In this document: piece after piece, positions 8,901 to 15,668 of the stretch | Layout of the letters: the number at the start of each line of letters is the position of its first letter | Position numbering within the stretch: the stretch's first letter is position 1 | NCBI GenBank assembly: GCA_039586365.1 | Contig: JBDHKN010000085.1 | Span: forward strand, 1 to 19,264 | Length of the DNA stretch: 19,264 nt | Direction of reading: 5' to 3' | DNA from: Gemmatimonadota bacterium | GTDB lineage: Bacteria > Gemmatimonadota > Gemmatimonadetes > Gemmatimonadales > GWC2-71-9 | Notes under the pieces: model-generated | Databases searched by the model: none | Seen by the model: only the letters and a program-made list of their open reading frames with translations | What the model was told of the DNA's origin: nothing | Program-made: the position numbers and the translations under genes

Positions 8901-9300
8901 CATTGCCGAGGGGGGATACGGGGCAATCGGTTCACACGGCGAGCACCACGGACCCGATGCTCACTGGGAAATCTGGATGGCGGCTGCGGCAATGGGACCA
9001 CTGGAGGCGCTGCGCCTGGCCAGCGTGCACGGAGCGTACTTCCTCGGCGCATCAGAGGACATCGGAACAATTGAGTCTGGCAAGCTCGCCGACCTGCTGG
9101 TGTTGAACTCGAACCCATTGGACAATGTCCGCAACACGATGGACATCTTGTATGTGATGAAAGGTGGGATCCTGTACGAGGCCGAGACCCTTAACGAGGT
9201 CTGGCCCAACGACACTCCGTTCGGACCGTATTACTGGGTTGACGACGACGCCCTGAGAGATGACAACCGCCCTGTTGACTACTGGAACAGGGAACGTTGA
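5962..9300 (+). CDS. Secreted PD40/TolB-like beta-propeller + amidohydrolase family protein (1112 aa)
   Basis: Signal peptide (..ATPVLAQD); repeated P.(W/Y)SPDG..IAF units; PGFVDMHAH metal-binding motif; C-terminal GTIESGKLADLLVLNSNPL; GGAG RBS. Confidence 0.95.
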   Translation: MTRAILAVSLMLLAATPVLAQDRDEWDVTLARGATREIDFTTEEGTWMSVDVAPAGDWVVFDLLGHIYRLPIGGGDADCLTQETGVAVNYHPRYSPDGLQIAFISDRKGQSNLWIMNADGTDPRPVFTDLNVRASLPAWTPDGQYILVRRDYVGPRSGGVPDHDIAAEQAPEGRAGIWMYHRDGGDGVALMGTEVSGATWPSISPNGRYVYHHTRSGGRDALTGHYQIRRFDLRTGDKIDITAGRADGAAAGRVSSGGAFAPEISPDGRWLAFGRQIPDGTISFKGHRFGPRTALWLRDLENGVERIVMDPISVAIESGSKSLRILPGYSWTEDGTAIVLSQGGKLRRLDVATGAVATIPFSARVHRTISEMAYEPFRITDDAFEAKFLRWHTASPDGSRLAFQAVGRVWVMDLPSGTPTRLTRGTTPMQEFAPAWSPDGRWIAFTTWVDGEGGQLWKVRSTGGEPQQLTREPAEYLHPAWSPDGAELILVRGSGATARLRTVTHNPWWDVVRIPADGGNVQHVARVALPAGTNPSSVARRAILQPSYGPEGRIFFPEFQSGGTRGLQTVVVSVERDGGDRREHMTLPAADEAVPSPDGKWIAFQEGDNVYLTAFPWLGSGSEPVDLNKRDGKLPVTRLSLEGGLFPRWRGNMVEFGSGNRYFAYHVDSQTADTVSIQLSVPRRTPEGAIAFTDARIVTLAGGAADVIESGTVVVHGSRISCVGACETAGVDRVIDASGKTMVPGFVDMHAHHYREHRGYRPLRDYEVAMYLAYGVTANLDNSMWSQNVFPTAELIDAGEMIGPRTFSTGDPLYSGDAARQNLLSSYEVAVQEVNRLESWGVVSLKQYLQPRRDQRQWVSHIAREKGFMVTSEGGDLFFNLGMIMDGQTAWEHPLSYVPVYSDAAKFFGQAKAVYSPTFVVAGPGPWNIEYFYAESDVWKDPKQRRWMPWRMTAGHLRRRTLRPDTDYSFPLIAQGLADIIAEGGYGAIGSHGEHHGPDAHWEIWMAAAAMGPLEALRLASVHGAYFLGASEDIGTIESGKLADLLVLNSNPLDNVRNTMDILYVMKGGILYEAETLNEVWPNDTPFGPYYWVDDDALRDDNRPVDYWNRER

Positions 9301-9395
9301 ACGAAGAACGTCGCACGTCGGACCCTGAACGCGAGCCACTTTAGAGACCCAGCATGCTGAGCCAAACCGTAATGGAGTCTTCAACAGCATACTGT

Positions 9396-9436
9396 GGGCC
9401 GGCCCCGGGCGTCTCGCGGCGCTCGGGGCTCGGCCC
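9396..9436. repeat. REP-like GC-rich palindrome, copy 1 of 3
   Basis: Core GCCCCGGGCG-TCTCGCGG-CGCTCGGGGCT at 9402-9430, extended by GGGCCG/CGGCCC. Related copies lie at 13681-13709 and 18826-18857. Confidence 0.8.
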
Positions 9437-9501
9437 CCAGTCCTACCCTGTCGGGACGGTTGCACCACCTTTAGCTTTCAATATGAGGCTGGTTTCGGAC
9501 A

Positions 9502-9642
9502 CCTCCCTTCACTCTGTCTTAGCAGCCCGAACACTGGCCTCCTGAACAAGGCCCCGAGCGGTCAGACCCGCTTCGACGATTCCGGTTGGTAACCGGGGGT
9601 TCAGATCGTCGTTAGCCGGATCCTGCTCGGGGTTCTTGCTTG
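9502..9642 (-). ncRNA. Probable IS110-family left non-coding end (bridge-RNA-like structured region) without a transposase
   Basis: About 92-nt hairpin with internal loops (9547-9638). Minus strand reads AACCCCGAGCAGGATCCGGC..AACCC..GAAT..GCGGGTCTGACCGCTCGGGGCCTTGTTCAGGAGGCCAGTGTTCGG..AGACAG..GAAGGGAGG, a pattern I recall from upstream of IS110 transposase genes. Not confirmed by a search. Confidence 0.6.
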
Positions 9643-9713
9643 TCACTTCACGTTGGCAACCAGCCTCTGGAGCGGGAAGGAACATCAACAGAATAGAGGT
9701 CGTATGAGAGTAT

Positions 9714-9950
9714 ATGAAGTACTTCAAGGTGACTGGGGACATCGCAACCTTCGCTGCTCACGATCCGAGAGGTGGCTGGCTCAAGGAGGGTGAGATCTAC
9801 CGTGGTGAACCAGCCGGGAAGCGTTCCGGCACAATCCGCGTCTTCAGCAACGACGAGTGCTCTGTTATGGTTCGGGTACCCGCTTACTTGTTGACCCGAG
9901 TCACTGAAGAGGAATGGAAGGCTCAGGGCATCGTCCCGCCGACGTCTTAG
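9714..9950 (+). CDS. Small hypothetical protein (78 aa, beta-rich, possibly SH3-like)
   Basis: ATG preceded by a purine-rich tract; protein-like composition and GC3 bias; no recognised family. Confidence 0.65.
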   Translation: MKYFKVTGDIATFAAHDPRGGWLKEGEIYRGEPAGKRSGTIRVFSNDECSVMVRVPAYLLTRVTEEEWKAQGIVPPTS

Positions 9951-10064
9951 TTCCCTCCACACCTACCCACTCAACACCGTTTGGTGTCGTAGACTGCCCC
10001 GTCTACCGACGACCGCAGACTCTTCCGTAGTGGGACCCCTCCGGAGGGGAGAAACGGCCTTAGA

Positions 10065-10092
10065 AGCGATTCTGGGACCTCGAGTTCGCCAA
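10065..10092 (+). repeat. 28-bp direct repeat, copy 1 (119 nt before the ORF start at 10184)
   Basis: AGCGATTCTGGGACCTCGAGTTCGCCAA, 27/28 identical to 10543-10570. Confidence 0.85.
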
Positions 10093-10183
10093 GTCCCCCA
10101 AAACCGACATATGAAGTTCCAGATGCACACTAACGCCATCCGGTGCAGATCAGTAGCTTGGGAAAATACAAGGAGTGACGATC

Positions 10184-10429
10184 ATGCACTTCAATGACAC
10201 ACACTACAAAGGCTTCAAGATTTGCCCTCGGCCGCAGCAGCTACAGGATGGTAACTGGAACACAAACATAGAAATCATCCGTGATGCAAAAGGGCGCAGG
10301 CACGTTAAGTCGTACTCCGCTTCAAACACATTTCCCACGGAGGAGGATGCGATCGCGGGCTGCTTGGAGTTCGGTCGCCGCATTATCGACGGCGAGATTC
10401 CAGAGTTCTCGCCAAGCGAGCTTCCCTAG
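10184..10429 (+). CDS. Small protein, CV_2116/HlyU-like fold (81 aa)
   Basis: AAGGAG RBS 8 nt before the ATG at 10184. The YKGFKI.P.P.QL.DG.W...I.I and TFPTEEDAI..CLEFGRRIIDG pattern resembles CV_2116-domain proteins (from recall). Confidence 0.75.
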   Translation: MHFNDTHYKGFKICPRPQQLQDGNWNTNIEIIRDAKGRRHVKSYSASNTFPTEEDAIAGCLEFGRRIIDGEIPEFSPSELP

Positions 10430-10455
10430 TCGGCTTTCAACAAGGAGTGGATCGT

Positions 10456-10533
10456 ATGAAGAAGTCATCCTGGAATTCGGTTGATCGTGACAACGTTCAC
10501 CCAACTTCCGTGCCATCTCCTCTCTCAAACTGA
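10456..10533 (+). CDS. Possible small ORF (25 aa, MKKSSWNSVDRDNVHPTSVPSPLSN) or truncated gene start
   Basis: Strong RBS ACAAGGAGTG (the same 10-mer as before 10184), ATG at 10456, TGA at 10531-10533. Confidence 0.35.
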   Translation: MKKSSWNSVDRDNVHPTSVPSPLSN

Positions 10534-10542
10534 CCCACTACC

Positions 10543-10570
10543 AGCGATTCTGGGGCCTCGAGTTCGCCAA
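10543..10570 (+). repeat. 28-bp direct repeat, copy 2 (120 nt before the ORF start at 10663)
   Basis: AGCGATTCTGGGGCCTCGAGTTCGCCAA. Confidence 0.85.
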
Positions 10571-10662
10571 ATGTCCCATCTACGTACCGTCCCCGAAACC
10601 ACACTAGCACCGAATCCGAGCCCGCGCCATTCTTCAGAACGTCCCATACAGAGGGTAGCACC

Positions 10663-10938
10663 GTGCCCAAAGCCGACAGCTGGACAGCGATCAAAGTCGA
10701 CAGTGCGGAGTTTCAGAACATGAATGCTGCCTACGACAACAGAGGCTGCGTGGTCTACACTGCGAAAGACGATGCGGTCTTGAAGGTCATCCTCGCAGGC
10801 ACCGACAGGTCTACGTCTCACAAGATCGCAAACGGCAGCCGCATCCTTGTTTCGGGTAGCATGGTTCATATACAAACCGCCCAAGGAGAACGTACCGGCA
10901 CAGTCGGCGAGTTTCCTATCCAGCACAGCCGTACATAG
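10663..10938 (+). CDS. Small hypothetical protein (91 aa)
   Basis: GAGGG RBS, GTG start, protein-like beta-rich composition; no recognised family. Confidence 0.6.
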   Translation: MPKADSWTAIKVDSAEFQNMNAAYDNRGCVVYTAKDDAVLKVILAGTDRSTSHKIANGSRILVSGSMVHIQTAQGERTGTVGEFPIQHSRT

Positions 10939-11328
10939 TCGGGTTGTTCACGCTGCCTCGAGCAGTCCCATGGCGGCAGCGATCGCGGGCCAGCTCAAGA
11001 CGAATGACCACCAACCGACAGCCCTCCAGGGCCGTGCAGCCACCCGGCAGGGGGTGTATGCAGGTTGCGAGCTTGCTCACGTCTTTCACTGCACGCGCCT
11101 GTGGGGGAGACACCCCACCAAGCGAAAAGCGGCCCCAAAGAGCATTTGCCGAATTTTTGTGTGTGAATTGAGCGGATGTCCCCACCAGAAACCAGGGGCC
11201 AGCAGACTCAATTGTGTGCTCTTGCCGGCGAGGATCCGCATCTTGCGGCTTAGGAGGCTGAGTGGGTCAATTAAATGATAAGGGTGAGATCGTCCCCCAT
11301 CTACGAATACGAAGGGAGCACCCAAGCA

Positions 11329-11499
11329 ATGAGAAAGCCAGTCTCCGCAATTGAAACACAGGACGGACACTTGATTGTGGTCTGCGATGACGGAACAGTA
11401 TGGCTGCGTGTACCAGAGGGCGACGAGGCAGAACCCGGGTGGACCGAACTTCCGCCACCGATTCCCGGTAGCTCCGCGGACAAACGCCCTTCCAAATAG
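11329..11499 (+). CDS. Small hypothetical protein (56 aa) with a CDDGTVW...W.ELPPPIP motif
   Basis: AGGGAG RBS before the ATG at 11329. The motif resembles small proteins of phages and mobile regions (from recall). Confidence 0.7.
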   Translation: MRKPVSAIETQDGHLIVVCDDGTVWLRVPEGDEAEPGWTELPPPIPGSSADKRPSK

Positions 11500-11573
11500 C
11501 CCGCGCCGGATCACCACGCTCACCAAGGCCGCGAACGGGGTCAAGACTTCACCCGTTATGGCAGCCGGTGTGA

Positions 11574-11670
11574 CCCGGCCATACACAGGCGCCCTGTCGT
11601 GCCGCTATAAGTCAGGGGTTGCTACCGGAGAGGGCCAGAATGGCGTGTAGCACAATGCCAGGCGCGGGGC
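11574..11670 (-). repeat. Orphan copy of the kinase leader (promoter through ATGGCCG) with no kinase behind it
   Basis: 59/69 ungapped identity to 5696-5764. GTATGGCCG is in the same register (ATG at 11582), the RBS has decayed (AGGAG to GGGCG), and the ORF is only MAGSHRLP*. Confidence 0.85.
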
Positions 11671-11709
11671 CAGTACACAGCGCGACCTATGTGTGGGCTG
11701 GAGCTGCTC

Positions 11710-12156
11710 TCAGAACCACCTCCTGACCTTGCGTTTGTAGTCGAGGTACCGTGCACCAAACCTCGTCAGCAGTGCCGGCTCTTCAAGCCGGACATAGAGA
11801 CCGTCTAGAATCCAGAAGAGCGTCACCGGGAAGACAAACGCAATCAATGAACCCAGCAGGATGGCAAGGCCGAGAGATACGAGGACGCCACCCAGGTACA
11901 CAGGGTTCCGGCTGATACGATAGGGGCCATCCGTTACCATCGCATTGGCCTGCCCATGGAAATCGAGAGTCGTGTTCCTCTCTTGGAGCAGTCGCACAGC
12001 CCACACATTGATGACTGCCCCGAGCGCAATGAATACCAGACCAAGGCACGAATACGGCCAGAAGATCACTCGCCTGATCGGCAGCATGAAATGCAGGACC
12101 ACCTGGAGCCCTATGACCAAGTTGAGATACTTCGGCGGCGGGAGCCTGCGTTTCAC
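11710..12156 (-). CDS. Isoprenylcysteine carboxyl methyltransferase / PEMT (Ste14-like) family membrane protein
   Basis: Several TM helices; VTDGPYRISRNPVYLG, VRLEE..L..RFG..YLDYKRKVRRW motifs. Confidence 0.92.
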   Translation of the reverse strand: MKRRLPPPKYLNLVIGLQVVLHFMLPIRRVIFWPYSCLGLVFIALGAVINVWAVRLLQERNTTLDFHGQANAMVTDGPYRISRNPVYLGGVLVSLGLAILLGSLIAFVFPVTLFWILDGLYVRLEEPALLTRFGARYLDYKRKVRRWF

Positions 12157-12674
12157 TGCCTACCCAGATTCGCGAGGAGGGGATCGAGTGCAGCGCATGA
12201 GCTGCAGCCCTGTACTGACAAGCCAACTCTGCGCAACACATGCTTAGTCATCTGGATGTGGCCATCCGTTCGGGATACCAAGAAGTCCGCCGGTGCGGAT
12301 ACCGTCGTGCCACGCCATCTTGTTGTCCTCAACCAGGCCGGTATGGAGTCTGTCTCGTGCACCAGTAGAGGGCTCCGCCGCTCACAAGTTCTCGATAAGC
12401 ACAATTGGGACGTCTGCGAGATTCCGGACGGAGGCACAGGTCGCCACCAAGACTGCGCTTAGTCGTGTGTCACGTTCGGGAGTGCACGCTCCGTTTCGTG
12501 ACCGCCTCCACTTCCTGTCAGAACTTCTGCCTTCGGGGTGAACGGTGAAGTGCAATTCACATCGCCCCAGGACGCGACCTTCTCGGCATCCGGCGGGTCA
12601 ATGGCACCAAGTATCGGAGCATCCTCCACGTCAAGCGAGAGGACGAAGCCGCCACTCGGTGGATGCGCCGCTCC

Positions 12675-13412
12675 CTACGGTAGGAGTGACCCAACGACCT
12701 GCAAGACGTCCCGTGGGTGGTATGCGCGAAACTCGGGCTTCACCGGCCAGTGCCCATCATCCGACCCCACGGCGAAGAACGCCCCGACGGCCATCACACG
12801 GATCTGACTGGCCGTATCCATTAGGACGCTATCCGCTCTGGCGGCACACTGTACGTCCGCCTCATGGTCTCCCACGTAGAGAACCACACCCGGCGCGAAT
12901 CCCGTCAATCGTTCAATACACATGAGCAACCCGTCCGGCTCCGGTTTCTGCCTGGCCAGGTCCACTTCTTCATAGCCAACAATGCACTGGAAACACTCGA
13001 GGAGCCCGACTCCCGAAAGCAGTTCCGTGATGTTCCGGTGTGAGTTCTGCGAAACGATCCCATGAGTTAGATGATCCAACTCGGCAATCACCTCGACGAT
13101 ACCCGGGAAGAACGGCGCTAGAGTGTCATCTCTGAGCTGATACTCCGTCCATAGGGCACCGGCGTCATCGGTCTGCTGCTCGGTAAACTTGAAGGCCGAC
13201 TGGTACAAATCCCGCCAGTTGGTGGCGCGCCTGGTTGCATCCTCATACGCATCCACCGAGCGAAGCGACGGGAAGACACTCGCGGGCCTACCGGTGACCG
13301 CCTGGACGATCTTCCGGGTCACCTGGAGGTTCTTGTCTCTAGTGTCGACCAGTGTGCCGTCGAAGTCCCAGATGATCGCGCGCAGCTGGCCGCGCCGGCG
13401 TCCGGCCGTCAT
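12675..13412 (-). CDS. HAD-superfamily hydrolase (phosphoglycolate phosphatase-like)
   Basis: Motif I WDFDGTLVDT, motif II IVSQN, motif III KPEPD, motif IV VGDHEAD. The start overlaps the upstream stop (ATGA at 13409-13412). Confidence 0.92.
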   Translation of the reverse strand: MTAGRRRGQLRAIIWDFDGTLVDTRDKNLQVTRKIVQAVTGRPASVFPSLRSVDAYEDATRRATNWRDLYQSAFKFTEQQTDDAGALWTEYQLRDDTLAPFFPGIVEVIAELDHLTHGIVSQNSHRNITELLSGVGLLECFQCIVGYEEVDLARQKPEPDGLLMCIERLTGFAPGVVLYVGDHEADVQCAARADSVLMDTASQIRVMAVGAFFAVGSDDGHWPVKPEFRAYHPRDVLQVVGSLLP

Positions 13413-13665
13413 GGCTCGGGATCCGTCAGCACGCCGGTCCGTGCAATCATCTTCCGCTCACCCTCGACCAACGTGTAGATCTTGCATGCACGACCAATCC
13501 ACTGGAAGTCTTTCCCGGCTCGGTCCCGCCTTCGGGTGGCGACGTCGTCGGCTGGGAACCCGCCGTCACCTTCCTCGGAAACTACGATCCTGCGGGTCAC
13601 ACGTCGATTGTAGACCAGCCCGTGCAAGTCGAACAGTTGTTGCCATCCTCGACGCCATCGATCCG
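13409..13665 (-). pseudogene. C-terminal remnant of a SnoaL/NTF2-like protein, 5'-truncated at the REP-like hairpin
   Basis: RWRRGWQQLFDLHGLVYNRRVTRRIVVSEEGDGG..GRACKIYTLVEGERKMIARTG resembles an NTF2-fold C-terminus (degenerate GEWK). It is translationally coupled to the HAD gene and has no credible start or RBS. Confidence 0.6.
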
Positions 13666-13680
13666 GTCGGCACCGGCCCG

Positions 13681-13709
13681 GCCCCGGGCGTATCGCGGCT
13701 TGCGGAGCT
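13681..13709. repeat. REP-like palindrome, degenerate copy 2 of 3
   Basis: GCCCCGGGCGTATCGCGGCTTGCGGAGCT, 24/29 identical to 9402-9430. Confidence 0.65.
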
Positions 13710-13718
13710 TTTCCCCCA

Positions 13719-14013
13719 TGTCAGAGTGAAATAGAAAAGTCCGGGGGTAGCGTGAAACAGAAATGTCCTCTCCCCAGGGTTAGGGTGAAGAGTGGGCGGG
13801 CTGCTGAGCAGCCTGCGCGGCGTGATACCCGGCGATCGCATAGGGATTGGCGATGAGTTTGTTGTGCTTTCGCCAGGGATGATCGGGTCCGGGCTTTGGC
13901 GGTGTCGGCTGAGGCTTCGGGCCTTTTTTCTTGGCCGGTGGGGCTCTCATAGTCTCAGTGCGAACAGCACCTAGGGAGCCGACAGCTTCGGGCGCCTTCG
14001 CCTTCGGCAAGCG
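13719..14013 (-). mobile_element. Right end and transposase C-terminal fragment of an IS1202-type (ISNCY/IS481-related) element
   Basis: Terminal TGT at 13719, then repeated binding sites TGAAATAGAAAAGTCC (13727-13742) and TGAAACAGAAATGTCC (13753-13768). The ORF tail (stop at 13780) has the Pro/Lys-rich KPGPDHPWRK motif typical of these transposases. Confidence 0.8.
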
Positions 14014-14574
14014 TCAGAAGATGACGCCCAGCTGAAAGCCCAGTCTCAGGTTGCTGAAATCGGCCGCTACTTCCTCGAAATCTTGGACCAGCTGGTACTT
14101 GGCGCTGATCCCGAAATCGAACCAATTGATCCGGTAGACGAAGTCACCGAAGATCTGCCCACCGAATAGCCACGCATCGCTTGTTTCATTTGGTGCCGAC
14201 AAGCTGACGTCGAGGAATTCGGCATACGAGTAGGAGAGGCCGACTCCCCCGGTCACGACGAAGTTCGAGCCCACCCCCCTCGCGTATTTCACGTTAACTT
14301 CGAGGGGAACCAGCGTCATCTCGTCGCTGGAAAGAGCCATGCTGTAGGCCGCGGCGACTCCCCCCCCCAGGTACAGGTTGCCTGCGACCCGGCCATAGCC
14401 TTCGAGCCCCAAATAGATGCCGTCATCTTCCACAGCACCTTCGGAGAAAACAACATACCCGAACTTGACCGACACGTTGCCCGTCCCCAGCGGCGCGGCC
14501 TCCTGAGCGTGAAGCTCCAATGGTGTCGCAGCAACAAGGGCGAACACTGCAACAAGAACCGATTTCTTTATCAT
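14014..14574 (-). CDS. Outer-membrane beta-barrel protein (OmpA/OmpW-like, about 8 strands; 186 aa)
   Basis: AAAGGAG RBS before the ATG at 14574; signal peptide ending LHA/Q; alternating amphipathic strands; C-terminal LGFQLGVIF. Confidence 0.85.
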   Translation of the reverse strand: MIKKSVLVAVFALVAATPLELHAQEAAPLGTGNVSVKFGYVVFSEGAVEDDGIYLGLEGYGRVAGNLYLGGGVAAAYSMALSSDEMTLVPLEVNVKYARGVGSNFVVTGGVGLSYSYAEFLDVSLSAPNETSDAWLFGGQIFGDFVYRINWFDFGISAKYQLVQDFEEVAADFSNLRLGFQLGVIF

Positions 14575-14938
14575 AGCTGCTCCTTTCCTTGACAGCTGGG
14601 CAATACGAAGTGTCTCTCCTCGCGCGAGCGTGCATCCGCCTCCTGGGCCGCGAGCTGCGCGCATGGTTGCGGTTCAGTCTGCTTGGTTTTGGCCACCGTC
14701 AACCTGTGCCGGTGTAGCGGAAGCGGACTGGTGACGTGCGAAGACACTACCGTGGCGCAGCCGTAACTAGTTGTCCTCCGTGTGTACTGGACGTGTGGTC
14801 TCTCGACCGTCAAGACTGCTTCACGACTTCCTCAGCACTTTGATACTGAGCCGAGGACTGCCGTGACTGCAGCATACTTGTGTGACAATCTTGGATTGGT
14901 CTCGCGGGTCAACACTCGGAGCTGAACAGCAGCGTCGA

Positions 14939-15361
14939 TTACCCAGCGGCCATTCTGCGTTGACCTCGCCTCGCTCGCTTTGACCTCGAATCCCTGATGC
15001 CTCCCCGCGCACTGGGATCACCAGTCGCCATCACCGCCCCGATATCGGACATCGTTGCGCCGGTGGCCAACAGGGCCTTGACCAACAGATCGAGGCTCAC
15101 CGATGGGTGCGCCGCCTCCATCTTGGCAACTCGGGACTGTCCCGAGCCGAGCGCCTCGGCGAGCACGGTCTGGTTCCAACCCCTTGCCTTGCGACGCTCT
15201 TGGAGGGAGGCCGCCAGGGCCGCCTTTGTCCGAACGAGAACCGCCTCTTCATCGGTGAGTCCCAGGAATTCCTGAACGCTGCCCTGACGCCAGGCGGCAG
15301 CGGAGCTGCCCTGCACCACGCGCTTCCGCGACCTTGTGCCCGTTCTAGTGTTGCTGTTCAT
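14939..15361 (-). CDS. XRE-family HTH antitoxin (HigA-like)
   Basis: W..GSVQEFLGLTDEE, RRKARGWNQTVLAEALGSGQSRVAKMEAAHPSVSLDLLVKALL; overlaps the toxin 3' end by 17 nt. Confidence 0.88.
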   Translation of the reverse strand: MNSNTRTGTRSRKRVVQGSSAAAWRQGSVQEFLGLTDEEAVLVRTKAALAASLQERRKARGWNQTVLAEALGSGQSRVAKMEAAHPSVSLDLLVKALLATGATMSDIGAVMATGDPSARGGIRDSRSKRARRGQRRMAAG

Positions 15362-15662
15362 AACGCCTGAGCCTCTTCTTGCAGCGGTCGATCACCTGCT
15401 TGGGTGTCGCCTGAGTCTTCTTGCAGAATACGTCCAGAACTACAATGGCATCCCCGGCAATGTGGTAGACGATTCTCCATGTCCTGTCGCCGTCCTTCAC
15501 TCGCAACTCGTCGCACCGCGGTCCGACCGACGGAAGCGGCATCGTCGGCATCCCTCCCAAGGCAACCACCTCCAGCAATGCCCCTACAGCCAGCGCCGCG
15601 TCCCGCGAGAACGGCGGGACCGTGACCTCATCGGCTAGCCACCGCAACGGTCTTGCACTCAT
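15345..15662 (-). CDS. RelE/ParE-superfamily toxin (HigB/Gp49-like)
   Basis: PL.WL..EV..PPFS, ELRVKD....WRIVY, IVVLDVF.KKTQATP motifs; toxin-first gene order. Confidence 0.88.
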   Translation of the reverse strand: MSARPLRWLADEVTVPPFSRDAALAVGALLEVVALGGMPTMPLPSVGPRCDELRVKDGDRTWRIVYHIAGDAIVVLDVFCKKTQATPKQVIDRCKKRLRRYEQQH

Positions 15663-15668
15663 GAGAAA

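Noticed and set aside
6021..9215. Numerous overlapping alternative-frame ORFs within the large genes
   Set aside because: Shadow ORFs expected in high-GC coding DNA; Arg/Pro/Ser-rich with no motifs.
10065..10570. 28-bp direct repeats as a CRISPR array
   Set aside because: Only two copies, 478 nt apart with genes between them, and no cas genes.
11138..11170. AT-rich tract AGAGCATTTGCCGAATTTTTGTGTGTGAATTG as an IS end
   Set aside because: No partner inverted repeat or transposase; cannot be supported from the sequence alone.
12153..12670. ORFs between the ICMT and HAD genes
   Set aside because: No RBS, motif or protein-like composition that I can recognise.
14751..14762. CGTGGCGCAGCC resembling the missing 5' half of tRNA-Pro
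   Set aside because: Only 12 nt, on the opposite strand from the 3' half, and the D-arm does not close.
14918..14940. GCTGAAC...GTCGATT resembling the right half of an attC site
   Set aside because: GTT core is absent and there is no complementary left half.
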